Source of the DNA: Eledone cirrhosa
Lineage: Eukaryota
DNA: 64,000 nucleotides
NCBI GenBank assembly: GCA_964016885.1
Contig: OZ024747.1
Coordinates: 5,704,001 to 5,768,000 of the forward strand
Direction: 5' to 3'
Below the pieces are notes generated by a model that was not told where the DNA came from, ran no database searches, and saw nothing but the letters and a program-made list of their open reading frames with translations. Positions 13,531 to 28,280 of the stretch are shown one piece after another (position 1 is the stretch's first letter; each line of letters begins with the position of its first letter). The translations under genes were made by a program, and so were the position numbers.

Positions 13531-14285
13531 AAGTACGAGTGTGTACGTATGTATGTACGTATGTATGTACGTATGTATGTACGTATGTATGTACGTATGT
13601 ATGTACGAATGTATGTGTATATTTCAAATTATATATAACACTTTTGTTTACTATCCCAGACCGCATTTTATTTTCACATCATATATTTTTCTTCGTCTAC
13701 CCATCTTTGTATCTCACTAGGGACCAACAAGAAGGTCTCTCTCTTCATTGTTGATTACTCATTCCACTAGAAATAGCAGCTAAATATACCCCCATATCAT
13801 AAACTGCGCTTTAAAAAAAAACAGAAAGAAATTATTTCTATATAAGTTTATTATTTATATGAAATATTTATATAAATACTTATATATAACTTCAGTCTGA
13901 AAAAAATGGAGATAAAAGGGTTTAGAAAAGTTATGGGCAAACTGTGGCCCATTCGACTTTCTGAATACGAAAATTTACCTTGCATTTTTATATTTCTGTG
14001 GTCGGCTTTATCTCGTGAGGCCAACTGGTCGAATGAGGTTGCCATTGTCTGACTTAGAAAGTCTAGTGGCCTAGACCTAAATAACAGCAGATGTGTAACT
14101 AAGTATCTATATAAATGTATCGATCTATCTATTTCTTTGTTACATTTATTCGCCGGTTTGGTTAGGTTTTAACGTGTACCACTTGGCTGAAATTCTATTC
14201 GTCACCAATTTAATTGCCACCAACCAATCAAACTATCTGTAATCTTGACGTTCTTAAGTTTTCATTGTCAGTAAGTTTTGTAGAT

Positions 14286-14500
14286 GGGTTGGTTGGCAGT
14301 ATCGGTAGAGTGTCGGACGTCATGCTTTGCAGCATAGAGTTACGGCCCTTTATGATCTGAGTTCAAATCCCGCCGAGGTTAACTTTGCCTTTCATCCTTA
14401 CGGGGTCGATAAAATAAAGAACCAGTCATACACTGGGGTCGATTTAATCGACTTTCCCCTCCCCAAAATTGCTGGCCTTGTGCCTATATAAGAAACCATT
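14286..14500 (+). mobile_element. tRNA-derived SINE (Meta-type core), near full length
   Basis: ttggcagtatcggtagag A-box region, GAGTTCAAATCC B-box, core and 3' tail. Confidence 0.85.
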
Positions 14501-14587
14501 ATCAGTAAGTTTTGTAACACACAACATGGATGTTGGCATAAATGTATTTACTGGAATAATTAGGATTAAACTAAATGGATTGAATAA

Positions 14588-14725
14588 GCGGCAAATGGGC
14601 AGAGTCATTGGAATGTCGGATAGAATGCTTTGCGGTATTCGTTTTCGCTTTCTGCTCTCTCAGTTCAAATCCCGCCGAAGTCAACCTATACTTTCTAGAT
14701 TGATGAAAAGATACCAGTCTAGTAC
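14588..14725 (+). mobile_element. Older tRNA-derived SINE copy
   Basis: cagttcaaatcccgccgaagtcaac plus a degenerate core. Confidence 0.65.
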
Positions 14726-15241
14726 TGAGATAACTCTTCCTCCATATCTCTTTCTCGCTTCCATTCTCTCATTTTGTCTAGCCTTCTCTGGGTGGCATCT
14801 ACTAGAGAGGAGATGGCCCCCGCCAGGTTTTAAAAGAATGCCCTAAAAACGCCATATACTTATACGGTATCCCTATAAATCCCTCGGGAGTTAGAAGACC
14901 TTACATACAAAGGAAATGAAATTTATAAAAATATGTGGTGTGAGGGTCTGATATAATGTGATGTCATAGTTGAAATGACCAACATTGCAGGTCGTCTGGC
15001 ATGAAACTACTTCTCTTCGGTTAAATATACATCTACAGTTGACTTTCTTCTAAAACATTTCTTTGGTCTGCTTGGAGGGAGTGGGGGAGCCCTATGTTGT
15101 TTGGTTTTGTAACTTGCTTCCCCCCCCCCTCTATATATATAGAGAGAGAGAGAGAGTGAGAGAGTGAGAGAGTTCTTACTATCTACATTATATGTATGTG
15201 TATATATATATTGTATAATCACACATATATATATATAAATG

Positions 15242-15326
<85 letters not shown>

Positions 15327-15443
15327 CTGTTTAAGCATGTTATATCTATGAAGCGTATTATATATATACTTATGTGAGCATATACATACATATATACATA
15401 CATATATACATATATATATATTATATATATATATATTATATAT

Positions 15444-15481
<38 letters not shown>

Positions 15482-15707
15482 CATATATATATACACATAC
15501 ATAGTGTGAGATCCTGTGTATTATTTATGTCTTCTTATCACTAAGTAGGTGGAGTCGGTTTAGCCAGGACTCTAACTTTCCTTTCAAAACCCACATATTT
15601 CACGTTCTGCTCCTCACATAGACTGACCTGTTACCCTCTTCTACAAACAAATTATCCAACATACTGCCACCATTAGACCTTTGTAGTTCTGTCTTTCTTC
15701 CTTCATT

Positions 15708-15770
<63 letters not shown>

Positions 15771-15993
15771 ATATATATCTATATAAATGATAGCTTAGAA
15801 AATCGGGTAAAATATCCCTATAGACGTAAAGATGTGGCTAGCAAACGCGGCAGCTGTTTGGCAGCAATTGAGCTATTTTCTGAGTTTGGGATTTCAACAC
15901 AGACGCACATACGTATACACATACACACATATGCATCACCTCAAGTATTGAGTACTCCCATGATTTTTGGTCTCCCAATCTCAGCACCACAGA

Positions 15994-16077
<84 letters not shown>

Positions 16078-16310
16078 TAATTAAGACCGAGGACCTGTTG
16101 CACGCGAAGGGAATTCCAGTGAAATTGGTGCAGCCTTACTAATTAATCTATATTATCGTATTGAGTACACCTTCTTACGTTTATTAATTTGACGGATATA
16201 TATGTATATATGCATGTTTTTATGTATGTATGTATGCATATATGTATGTGTGGTGAGGCATATTTACGTATGTATGCATGTATTTATATATATATATTTA
16301 ATATAGAAAA

Positions 16311-16354
16311 GCTACTACAGGACTAGAACTGTTTCATTCGGAAGAAATCATCAG
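16311..16354 (-). ncRNA. Type I hammerhead motif truncated at stem I (family B)
   Basis: Minus strand CTGATGA tttcttccgaat GAAA cag ttctagtc ctg TA; same family as 19809-19857. Confidence 0.65.
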
Positions 16355-16518
16355 ATATATATATATATAGACTATTTTGAAAATTTGGACTGTGAACAAC
16401 AATTATAATTGAGTGGCTGCTATTTGCAGTATAGCAATATAAGGTTGCACTTACCAATGAAACGGTCGTAAATACCTGGATAAAATCCTTCTCTTGATGC
16501 TTACCTGCGTTTTCTCTT

Positions 16519-16554
<36 letters not shown>

Positions 16555-16623
16555 TATATCTGTGTTATATATAAATATATATTTATATATATATATATGT
16601 CTATATCTGTGTTATATATATAT

Positions 16624-16660
<37 letters not shown>

Positions 16661-16671
16661 CTATATCTGTG

Positions 16672-16712
<41 letters not shown>

Positions 16713-16837
16713 TATATATGTTATATATATATATATATATATATATGTCTATATATGTTATATATATATATATATATATATATGTCTATATCTGTTATAT
16801 ATATATGTCTATATCTGTTATATATATAGAGAGAGAG

Positions 16838-16983
16838 AGATTACATGAAACAAAGTTCTGTTTAAATCATTTATCTGCTTACAATTGTTTCTTCCAAATT
16901 ACCGTCTTTCACTATTTAGGGTATAATATATATATAATTATAAAAGGTTTTAGTATATACATAACCATAAATAGTATCCTTAA

Positions 16984-16988
<5 letters not shown>
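16838..16988 (+). mobile_element. Short PLE 3'-terminal fragment with inverted 5' piece
   Basis: actatttagggt...cataaccataaatagtat..taatact matches the 53138-53220 terminus; the inverted part carries GAAACAATTGTAAGCA. Confidence 0.7.
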
Positions 16989-17033
<45 letters not shown>

Positions 17034-17068
17034 AGATATAGACATATATATATACAACAGATATAGAC

Positions 17069-17126
<58 letters not shown>

Positions 17127-17206
17127 CAGATATAGACAGATATATATATATATATAAATATATATAACAGATATAGACATATATATTTATATTTAACACA
17201 GATATA

Positions 17207-17244
<38 letters not shown>

Positions 17245-17266
17245 TATATATAAACATATATATATA

Positions 17267-17297
<31 letters not shown>

Positions 17298-17707
17298 CTG
17301 TTATATATATATATATCTGTTATATATATATATATATATCTGTTATATATATATATATATATCTGTTATATATATATATATATATCTGTTATATATATAT
17401 ATATATATCTGTTATATATATATATATATATATGTTATATATATATATACATCTGTTATATATATATATATATATCTGTTATATATATATATATATATAT
17501 CTGTTATATATATATATATATATCTGTTATATATATATATATATATCTGTTATATATATATATATCTGTTATATATATATATATATATCTGTTATATATA
17601 TATATCTATTATATATATATATATATATCTGTTATATATATATATCTATTATATATATATATATATATCTGTTATATATATATATATCTGTTATATATAT
17701 ATATCTG

Positions 17708-17741
<34 letters not shown>

Positions 17742-17787
17742 GTTATATATATATATATATATATATCTGTTATATATATATATCTGT

Positions 17788-17818
<31 letters not shown>

Positions 17819-18519
17819 GTCTATATCTGTAGATCTATCTATCTATATAATCATGACTTTCTTTCTATTTATAATCTATCTATTTCATTAAAGACGTTAA
17901 TATAACGTCACTAATTAATCCCCTAATGAATCATCATTAATTACGTTAGTCATAGAAGTCACTAATTACGTTGCTATGAAACCTCATAAATTTCATACCA
18001 CTTTAATGACAGGTCGTTGTTGTCTATGCTAATATAACGTCAGCCATTATCATTATAGCACAAAAAACTAACGATGCGTCATTTAATGGAACGCCATTAA
18101 TTCTGCACTAATAAAAAAAACTGTAATTAATTACATCATTAATGAAACACTATAATTATTCGTTAATAATTACGTTAGAAACAGATTTCACTAATTACTT
18201 TACTGATATAACGTCACTTGTAACGTTTTTAGTGGAACCCATATAATCACGTCACCAATTCTACCGTTGAATATGACTCTATCATATTATACTTCTGAGA
18301 CAACATCCAGGGGAGATTAGTCGGTATAGAGTTATTTACTGCCACTTCCCAACCTCTGGTCTATAACGTGTGATGTCTCCTCTCTATGTCGCTTCTATTG
18401 TAACTGCAATGGCCTCTGTTCAGCAATAGTACAGTTGACTCTATGATATTATACACCATAGACAGCGTCCAGAGTTGACTCTATGATCTTATACACTCAC
18501 AAGGGTGCAGTCTCCACCC

Positions 18520-18690
18520 TGTATCTCCCCTTTATTGGGAAATTTTCTTTTATTTCTATTTTTTTTCTTTTTCTTTGCTACATCTTTGTTTTGTTTTTTA
18601 TACTCATTTTTACACACAGGAACCCACATTGTACCGTCCTGTGCTGTCCTTATATTCTTTTGTAAACCCTTTGTGGTCAATAAAGAAACC
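18520..18690 (+). mobile_element. Tx1/L1-like 3' UTR fragment
   Basis: Similar to 6050-6195 (ccaccct..tattggg...tgtggtcaataaagaaa); a reverse copy lies at ~33005-33110. Confidence 0.55.
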
Positions 18691-18714
18691 ATTATTATTA
18701 TTATTACTTTGTCA

Positions 18715-18905
18715 CGGTGGATTGGCAGTATCGGTAGAGGGTCGGACGCCATGCTTTCTAGCATAGTTACGTCCCTTTGCGGTCTGAGTTCAAATCCCGC
18801 CGAGGTTAACTTTGCCTTTCATCTTTACGGGGGTCAATAAAATAAAGTACCAGTAATGCACTGGGGTAATTGCTGGCCTTGTGCCAAAAATAGAAACAAT
18901 TATTA
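18715..18905 (+). mobile_element. tRNA-derived SINE (Meta-type core)
   Basis: Near identical to 24853-25040. Confidence 0.85.
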
Positions 18906-18974
18906 CTCTATCACGCAATGTAGATGTAAAATTCAGCAGAGTAATTAGTTATCTGTCAAATGACAAGGACGTAT

Positions 18975-19242
18975 GACATATAATACTTTCCTTAAAATAT
19001 GTGCAGTGTCTAGCAAAGCTGATTTTTGTGCCACATCAATCTTGCATGATATTCCCAAACACTTTAAGAAATATTGGAGTTTCAAAATAGGATTGACCCT
19101 AATGCCTTGATTATAACTGCTATCACTTTCACATTACCCTCTCGTATTCCAATCTTGCCTTCTCCACTTTCAGTTTAGAGAACTTGCTGATTTCTTTAAC
19201 TTCTTTACTCACAATGTTTATGTCATTTGCTTTGGCTACACC
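18975..19242 (-). pseudogene. R4/Dong-type (restriction-like endonuclease) LINE 3' fragment
   Basis: Minus-strand translation NDINIVSKEVKEISKFSKLKVE...VKVIAVIIKALGSI...QKSALLDTAHILRKVL. Confidence 0.75.
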
Positions 19243-19274
19243 TATTATTACTATTTTTATTATTTTTATTCCAG

Positions 19275-19346
19275 ACGTTTGAACTATAACCAGTTAACGG
19301 AGATTCCAGATATGCTGTTTGCTAACATGCCCAAACTTTACCGACT
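19275..19346 (+). CDS. slit: 72-bp leucine-rich-repeat exon, Slit-like (equivalent of vertebrate SLIT exon 4)
   Basis: Acceptor tttttattccAG, donor GTAAGT, phase 2-2. Encodes RLNYNQLTEIPDMLFANMPKLYRL, close to recalled SLIT2 [24 protein letters not shown]. Exon status is strong; the gene name rests on 24 aa. Confidence 0.8.
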
Positions 19347-19669
19347 GTAAGTACGAAACATCTATAGTTTATTGTAAATATACAGGCAGATGTTAATATA
19401 TAGGTTTATGTATGAAAGACTGTAAAGTTTAGATGATAGCATCACGTACATATACACACATATACACATATACATACTTACATATACACATATACATATA
19501 CACATATACATACATATATATACACATATACGCATGTAACTCAAAACATTCAGATCCACACATGTAATAAAACCTTTACTTGCACACATACATACACACA
19601 CATACACATACATATGTATTTACTTAGTTGTTGGTGTATAAATTCTTATATATATATATATATATATAT

Positions 19670-19870
19670 AGGTAAGTTATTCCGGGTTGAATCGGAGGTA
19701 ACCTCAGTAAGTAAGGTACTCAATACATAGCAGAGTATAAAAGTTTTAACATAGATGAGATTCTACAGGACTAGAACTGTTTCATTCTTTAGAAATCATC
19801 AGGAATCTGATTCCTGATGATTTCTAAAGAATGAAACAGTTCTAGTCCTGTAGAATCTCATCTATATTAA

Positions 19871-19874
<4 letters not shown>
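19670..19874 (-). mobile_element. Fold-back element family B with hammerheads on both strands
   Basis: Palindrome 19742-19874 centred on 19808 (one mismatch). HHR gattc CTGATGA tttctaaagaat GAAA cag-loop-ctg TA gaatc at 19809-19857 (+) and 19759-19807 (-). Flanked by (TA)n. Confidence 0.85.
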
Positions 19875-19907
<33 letters not shown>

Positions 19908-19981
19908 AGCAATGAACCTTGACGTAGATTTAACCCCAAATACTCTTTCCGAGCAATGTAAGGAACACTTTTGATTATTTA

Positions 19982-20022
19982 TGCCCTTGAGAAGCCCAAC
20001 TGGGCGAAACGTACGTAGGTGC
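19982..20022 (+). ncRNA. Minimal hammerhead variant (U3-A8 core)
   Basis: TTGAGAA gccc aact gggc GAAA cgtacg TA; stem I weak; lies in a ~340-bp insert between (TA)n tracts. Confidence 0.55.
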
Positions 20023-20243
20023 TGTTTTAAATAAACATGTTTTAACGGTCTATTCTCCGATTTTTTACTTTCCCACGTGCTTACACTCTGCTAACTCTCT
20101 AGCCCACTAAATATTAACACTTCGAATATTTAATACTGCCGGCAGTAGTATCGAGCACCTTTGGCATACGCTACTTGGCAAATAACTACATGTATCACCT
20201 ATCCTCCCCCTTTTTTTCCCCTCTCTCTCTCGATACGTAAATA

Positions 20244-20301
<58 letters not shown>

Positions 20302-20501
20302 TTTCCACCCCTTTGACTTTTGAGTTCAAACTTCACCTCGTGTCATCAACCTCCACATGGCGACAAACAAGTCGTTGGGGACATGGCTAACGGTCTTAGA
20401 TCTCCAATATTGGACAGAACTTCGCATTGACTGGAATACCATCACGATGGCACCGGTGTGCAGACCCTCTAGCAGACCCTCCTCGGAATAATAGACGAGA
20501 G

Positions 20502-20720
20502 AATAATTTCTAATTTTGGCACAAGACCAGCAATGTTTGTGGGAAGTGAAAGTCGATTATATTGACCCCAGTGCTTGACTGGTACTTTATTTTACTGACC
20601 TCGGAAGGATGAGAAGCAAAGAGGGCCCGTGACAGGATTCGATCTTAGAATGTAAAGAGCTGGAATAAATATCTTACGGTATTTTCACCGCCGCTCTAAT
20701 TATTCTGCCAATTTAGCGTC
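20502..20720 (-). mobile_element. tRNA-derived SINE (Meta-type core)
   Basis: Reverse-complement match to the family core and tail. Confidence 0.75.
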
Positions 20721-20799
20721 TAATAAAGCAGAATTTAATTTGGTATTTTGGTATTTTTGCAATACTCAGCCTGTCTTGTTCGGTAACAATACGAAAACC

Positions 20800-21160
20800 C
20801 GAAACAGAGTGAAATACTGAAGCATGCAGACTGATCGACCTACCAACTTACACACAACAAAACCGACATAATTTTACGTGACAAAAACGACAATGGAGAA
20901 TATCTTTTAGCATTGATTGACACAAACTACAGCAGGTAATTATAATGTCGTGCAACTACGAAACTTGGAAGTGACCATGTTGCACTATCTACTGCTAATA
21001 ATGGCATGTATCAAATGTATTCATCATTCAAGTTCTAATTGCTACAACTTAAATGGAGTAATAGACAATCTAATGACAGATTACCTATAGATTACAGACA
21101 GAGGGAAATTGCAGAAAACAGCAATATTAGGGATTGTAGACATTATTTCGGCAGGTTAGG
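20800..21160 (+). pseudogene. Degenerate R4/Dong-type RLE LINE 3' fragment
   Basis: QTDRP...HNKTDIILRDK and LQKTAILGIVDII motifs across frameshifts. Confidence 0.6.
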
Positions 21161-21333
21161 TCAGTTGTTAGACGTCACTATTTGTATACATCCATTTTAG
21201 AAATTACTTTCCTTCTTTGTCACTTCAGAAATGGAAATATCTTGCAGCTTCTCTTTAAGATTGTTTACTCGATAATTGCTTAGTATTTTTGTTGTTGCCA
21301 ACACATGCTTACCGTACAATATATATATATACA

Positions 21334-21391
<58 letters not shown>

Positions 21392-21702
21392 AAAAAATGA
21401 ACGGGAACAAAACAGAGAGGCAGTACGAACATATATATATATATATATTTGCTGCTGACTACCTTTTATTTTCTCTGTCTATCCTTTGTGATTCATGAAT
21501 ATGTATATATATAATGTGTGTGTGTGTGTGGTGAAGTATGTGTTATTTAAACACCGACACTATTCCATGCAGGATAGAGCACTCTACGAAGTACACAAGT
21601 GGGTCGGTTTACTTAGGAGCATAATTATATTCATGAAGTACAAGTCGACCGGTTAGAATTTACTTCAATTCTAAGATGTTGACTTGTACTTTCTGATTAT
21701 AG

Positions 21703-21757
<55 letters not shown>

Positions 21758-21972
21758 GGTAATTCCGAAAGAAAAAAGAGTGCTCTGTGTATAGAAAAGA
21801 GCTCAGCCTCACTTCCAATTTTTAACAGATTTTAAATCTCATTTCATATTTTTTATCCATAACATCTCTGTCCAGACCTATATTATTATTGTCTAGAATC
21901 CAGAAACCTTTGGTAATGGAGTAGTTATATTTTGTGTTGTTCTCTTTCTAACCATATATATATATACATATC

Positions 21973-22010
<38 letters not shown>

Positions 22011-22012
22011 TG

Positions 22013-22401
22013 TAAAAGTTCTATTTAAATTGTTGGGATACAACAAGCAAATATTTTTATAACTGATATAAAGCACTCAACAAATATTTGGAGTAAAAAT
22101 ACGATATTAACAAATGGAAACTATATTTATAAAACCATATTTATTTCATTATACATATTTGAAGGACATCAAGTTAAATTATGGTGTGCTTTCATCAGAC
22201 ATCAGACAAAATATAATATAGATCAGAGCTTCCAACAGTAATGGTTGCATTTTTTAAGGGTATGTCAATATTTATTTATAAAACTGATCTATATTATATT
22301 TTGTCTGATGAAAGCACACCATAATTTAACTTGGTGTCCTTGAAATATGTATAATGAAATAAATATGGTTTTATAAATATAGTTTCCATTTGTTAATATC
22401 G

Positions 22402-22404
<3 letters not shown>
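22013..22404 (-). mobile_element. Fold-back element with degenerate hammerhead
   Basis: ~125-bp inverted arms (22099-22404); CTGATGA aag..acacca-loop-tggtgt..ctt GAAA tatg TA at 22305-22351; tail motif at 22073; between (TA)n. Confidence 0.65.
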
Positions 22405-22480
<76 letters not shown>

Positions 22481-23175
22481 GTGTGTGTGTACATCAAGCT
22501 ATTAATTCTATTAATAGAACAGAGTTTAATTACTCCTGAAAGATAGATGAAACTCCCGAGTAAAACAAATACATGTCACCTCTTTAATGTGCCAAAAGAA
22601 TCTTGTAAGTGTTCAGATGGCCATGTATATATATATATGTGTGTGTGTATGTATGTATATGTGTACCCACACACATAAAGATATACATATATACATATAT
22701 ATGTGTGTATTATGTATCTGTGTTTATATATATATATGTGTGTGTATGTGTATAAATACATGTGTGTGATAGATAGGTGTATCTGTGTTTACGAGCGTAT
22801 ATAAATATTTACAATATACATATCTATATATGTGTGTGTATATATGTATGTGTGTGTATATATATATGTATATGTGTGTGTATATATATATGTATATGTG
22901 TGTGTATATATATATATATGTGTATATATATATGTATATGTGTGTATATATGTATATATGTATATGTGTGTATATATGTATATGTGTGTATATATGTATA
23001 TGTGTGTATATATATTTATATATATATATATGTGTGTGTGTGTATATATGTATAATTGCATATAGAGATATATAATCTCGTAAAAATGTCCGTTGACGCC
23101 GCCAAACAGAGCCGGGGATGATAAAAAGCATATAAAATGACAAAAGAACGAAGAACATTCAGAACATACATACAT

Positions 23176-23232
<57 letters not shown>

Positions 23233-23452
23233 TATATATATATATATTATATATATATTATATATATATATTATATATATTTTATATATATATATATATA
23301 TATACAAACATATACATACATACATATACATACATATATACATACATGCGTAGATAGATACATACACACATACATAGCTACATATATACATGCATAGATA
23401 CATACATGCATAGATACGTGTATGCATACATACGTATATGTATGTTTGTATG

Positions 23453-23509
<57 letters not shown>

Positions 23510-23601
23510 CGCCTAGAATAATATTTATATATGTATGTTTATAGATATATGTGTGTGTGTCTATTTGTATGTATGTGTATATATATAAATATATATATGT
23601 A

Positions 23602-23644
<43 letters not shown>

Positions 23645-24173
23645 TCATAAAATACAGAGAGAAGAAATCCCCTCATCCTACAGCCCACTCCACCACAACC
23701 GCCACTACCACCACCACCACTACCACCACCACCACCACCACTACCACCACCACCACTACCACCACCACCACTACCATCACCACCACCACCACTACCACTA
23801 CCACCACCACCACCACCACCACTATCACCACCACCACTACCACCACCACCACTACCATCACCACCACCACCACTACCACTACCACTACCACCACCACCAC
23901 CACTACCACCACCACCAACTGCGTCAATAACTACAATTACCGCGGAGCAAATGACAGGTTCAGGTAATTCAAATATCACCTGGGGGTAGCCTGCTTATCA
24001 TATTAAAGTGGAGCTTGGCTGACCACCTGCTGATACTTTACCCAATTCTATGTGCTGAGCCTCTTTATATATATATATACACTATATATATATATATATA
24101 TACACATATATATATATATATACACATATATATATACATATATATATACACATATATATATACACATATATAT

Positions 24174-24218
<45 letters not shown>

Positions 24219-24224
24219 TATATA

Positions 24225-24277
<53 letters not shown>

Positions 24278-24337
24278 TGCCCCCTTGTTATCGAGTATGA
24301 CCATAATACACTTATATACACACATATATACACACAC

Positions 24338-24371
<34 letters not shown>

Positions 24372-24647
24372 GTGTGTGTGTATGTATATATTTTTATGTT
24401 AAACAATGAAAGCGTAAGAAAAACACTGAGGTATTAATTAAACCATTTTCTTACGATCGTTTCGGAGAGAAAATTATCGATGTGCAAACTAATCGATGGT
24501 TGTTCTGTGAATCAATACCATTCCCTTCATAAAACACATCTCTCTACTAGCTTCGATCTGTTCTGATCCATCAGCAACAATTATTTGCTAAATAGACCTA
24601 CTAAATGTCTTTCTAATCATATCCAGCTTTCTTCACAATGGAGGACA

Positions 24648-24780
24648 CTAGTAATAATGTAGTCCAAGATGCACTACACTAATAATAATGTAGTCCTAGG
24701 TATACTACACTAATAATAATGTTGTCCAAGATACACTACACTAATAATAATGTAGTCCTTGGTACACTACACTAATAATA
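24648..24780 (+). repeat. 31-bp tandem repeat, ~4.3 copies
   Basis: ctaataataatgtagtcctaggtatactaca variants. Confidence 0.9.
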
Positions 24781-24852
24781 GTCTCTTTCATTATAGGTCT
24801 GTTGGGTAAAACTTGACCCAGAATGAAACAAGACCAACAACGATGTTATAGT

Positions 24853-25040
24853 ATGGTGGATTGGCAGTATCGGTAGAGGGTCGGACGCCATGCTTTATAG
24901 CATAGTTACGTCCCTTTACGGTCTGAGTTCAAATCCCGCCGAGGTTAACTTTGCCTTTCATCCTTACAGGGTCGATAAAATAAAGTACCAGTAATGTACT
25001 GGGTAATTGCTGGCCTTGTGCCAAAAGTAGAAACAGTTAT
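24853..25040 (+). mobile_element. tRNA-derived SINE (Meta-type core)
   Basis: A/B boxes, core and tail as at 18715. Confidence 0.85.
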
Positions 25041-25864
25041 AGTATTGTATATCTAATAGTGAAATCGAAGGAGAGGTTTAGCTCCTATTTCTAGCAGATT
25101 TGTTTACCACGTTGGCTGATTTGTGATACAGTATCCTTGAAGAAATTGCGGGTTAGTAACACCATAAACCAGGCTAATTGGGGTTAACTTGAGGGCTAAA
25201 CAATAACAACGGAGTGACGAGGGTGTGTCACTGAAAGATGAGCCGGTGTAAAGAAACGTGGTTTATAATTAATGAATTTCGTCAGCTCTATTCGCTGGTT
25301 AACAATTTTACGTCTCTCGATCCGGATTCTACCCCATCCTACAATATCTTTACCATAGCCTTAGGCCCTTATGCTAGGGCTCAAAGCTTCTGTAGGCTTC
25401 ATAAAAGGGTTCAAAGTGATTTTACCCCCTCCTCTTTCCTAAAATTTCAATATGCTCTACCCCTCTTCATCTAATCTCTCGGGTAGATTCAAAGCCTTGA
25501 GTTAAAGAAGATAGACGGAAACTATGTACCGTAGAATTAATCTATCGACCAGTTCAAACCCCCCACCCCCCCATTTGGTGCCATTTAGCGGAGTCCATAC
25601 CATTACAGACATTTGGCATTGCTTCTTATACTAGGTAGAACATCCTCCTTTTCTTACAGCAATCTCAAAATCCCTAAAACGGGTCATAGACACTGCCTTT
25701 CCTTTTCTCACTAAACCATAACATATGTATGAACAAGCAGGCCTGCAGGCCAGCCGGAACGGAGGGGCTCTTCGAGGGATTTTACTGAATCTCTTTCTCG
25801 ATATATATGTATGTATGTATATATGTATGTATATATGTATGTATATACATATATACATACATAT

Positions 25865-26274
25865 GGGAGAGATGACCCTTAGCCTTTGTCAAGGCAGAAT
25901 TCTAGAAGAAGGAAAACTCTGATATAACACCTGCAACCCTGATGGTATCCAATGATGTTGACTTGTTCCTCTTTTTGGTAAATATCATCTTGGTTAAGAG
26001 AGTGGGACTGGCTTTGTGCAGTGCCTTTGCTCACTATAAAAGCTTCACGGCACAGGCATTGCTTTATATCTGGAGATCTCTCTGCACTTGTCGTCACATG
26101 GTACCATGGGCCCAGCACTATGTGTCAGTAATTGTCACAAGTGTAGTATTTGTACCAGAGTTTTCAAGTCGCTGGCTGGACTAAAAAGTCACACTCGTTC
26201 AGCGCATCGGTAGGGGTTCTCCTACATGGATATAAAGTAGTGGCCGTACTCGAAAACAAGTTGACAGCCACCAT
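25865..26274 (+). mobile_element. RTE-derived non-autonomous element, 5' truncated
   Basis: Near identical to 49738-50148; flanked by TA/TATG repeats. Confidence 0.85.
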
Positions 26275-26651
26275 ATATGTATGTATATGTGTATGTATGT
26301 ATGTTTGTATATATGTATGTATATATGTATATGTGTATTATGTATGTATGTATGTATGTATATATGTATGTTCTTCTGGTTTTATAATTTCACAAATTTT
26401 TGCCAATATAGAGAGAGTCGGTTTCTAACATAGGTACAAGGCTCTCTCATTGGAATTTACACAACATCAACTACGTATATATGCATGCATGTGTAGATAT
26501 GGATGTTATTGTACGTGTGTATGTGTATATGCTTTGTATCTGTACATGTGTATATGCAATTATTAGATGCAACATTTTTGGAATGTTTTTCATATTTTTT
26601 ACTATTCCATTAATGGATTGTACTTGTATGTGTATATGTATGTATGTATAT

Positions 26652-26707
<56 letters not shown>

Positions 26708-27405
26708 ATGTAAGTATGTATGTGTGTATGTATGTATGTATGTGTGTGTTGTAGAAAGGGAAGAAGAGAGACGTACAGACATATACAAATAAAAAAAGCG
26801 GGGGTCAACAAAGAGGTTGAGAAGAAATATGAAACTCAATGAGACAAAATAATAAGCAAAAATTAATAATGACGGAGATAGTTAGATAAAGATCGATAGG
26901 TGGAGAAAGAAAGACAGAGAAAGAAGATAAATAGACATGGTGGGGGTGAAAGAAAGAGAGAGAAAGAAGATAGACATGGTGGGGGGTGAAGGACTGGATG
27001 ATAGATAGACTTAGAGGAAACACTTATATTGGTTAACTGTGTTGGCAGACGACATATTTGTCTGAAGTCTTATTAAATGAACAGCGTTCTATTAGCTGTG
27101 TGTTTAACACTTAGACAGATTGATTATTATTGTGTGCCGAATACATTCTTATTATTTATATCTTTTATATTATTTCATTGTTTATTCGACATTATTGCAT
27201 ATGTGTCTTTTTAACACCTTTCTCATCACTCACACGCGGGCGCGTACTCACACACATGTTGATATATATGTATGTATATATATGTGTGTGTGTGTGCATG
27301 TGAGCATGTATGAGGTGTGTATGAATGTATGTATGTATGTGTGTGTGTGTCTCTCTCCCTCTCTTTCTCTCTCTCTCAACACACACACACACATATATAT
27401 ATATA

Positions 27406-27466
<61 letters not shown>

Positions 27467-27529
27467 AGAGAGAGAGAGAGAGAGATCACTAATCATGTGA
27501 GTACTCGATACATGGGGAGATGTAGAGTG

Positions 27530-27568
<39 letters not shown>

Positions 27569-27610
27569 ATATGAAAATGCCGCTGTGTATATGTGTTAAT
27601 ATATATATGC

Positions 27611-27654
<44 letters not shown>

Positions 27655-28045
27655 GGGGCGAGAAAGAGACGTGGAAAGATAAAGAAAGAAAGAAATCTAA
27701 AGGGAAGAGAAGAGATTTTGGTATAAAATATGTGGGAAATATATGTACATATATGGGCATGTGTGTGTGTATATATATATATATATATGTGTGTGTGTTA
27801 CTACGTGTACGTGGATGCGTATATATGTGCGAATATATGATGAAAAGAGCGAATATCTTCTTTTTTGCATAGGTTACAGGTCATTATTGTTGTAATTGTT
27901 CATATGGTGTGGTTATTGCAACTACAACTCTTTTCAATATGTTCACTGTAGTTGTTGTTGTTGTTATTGTTGTTATTGTTGTCGTTGTCACTGTTGTCAT
28001 TTTTCATGTTCATTACGTGTTATAGCTGGCGCCTGTCTGACACTG

Positions 28046-28090
<45 letters not shown>

Positions 28091-28122
28091 CACATATGTA
28101 CTCACAAACACACACATACATG

Positions 28123-28157
<35 letters not shown>

Positions 28158-28280
28158 GAATATAGACATAGAATATTCGAAAATATTCTGTATGTTTATA
28201 ATAAACATTTTGAAGACCTAATCGCTATAGAATAGAATACGTCACGTATTACAATTAGATTCTCGATAAAAGCAAGGGAA

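Noticed and set aside
20325-20495. Possible RTE 3' remnant
   Set aside because: Only weak TWRQ / W-x-EL hints; too degenerate to call.
24445-24580. GAAACGATCGTA (minus) as a hammerhead; similar half motifs at ~39600 and ~41580
   Set aside because: Only the 3' half of the core is visible; no convincing CTGANGA with stem I.
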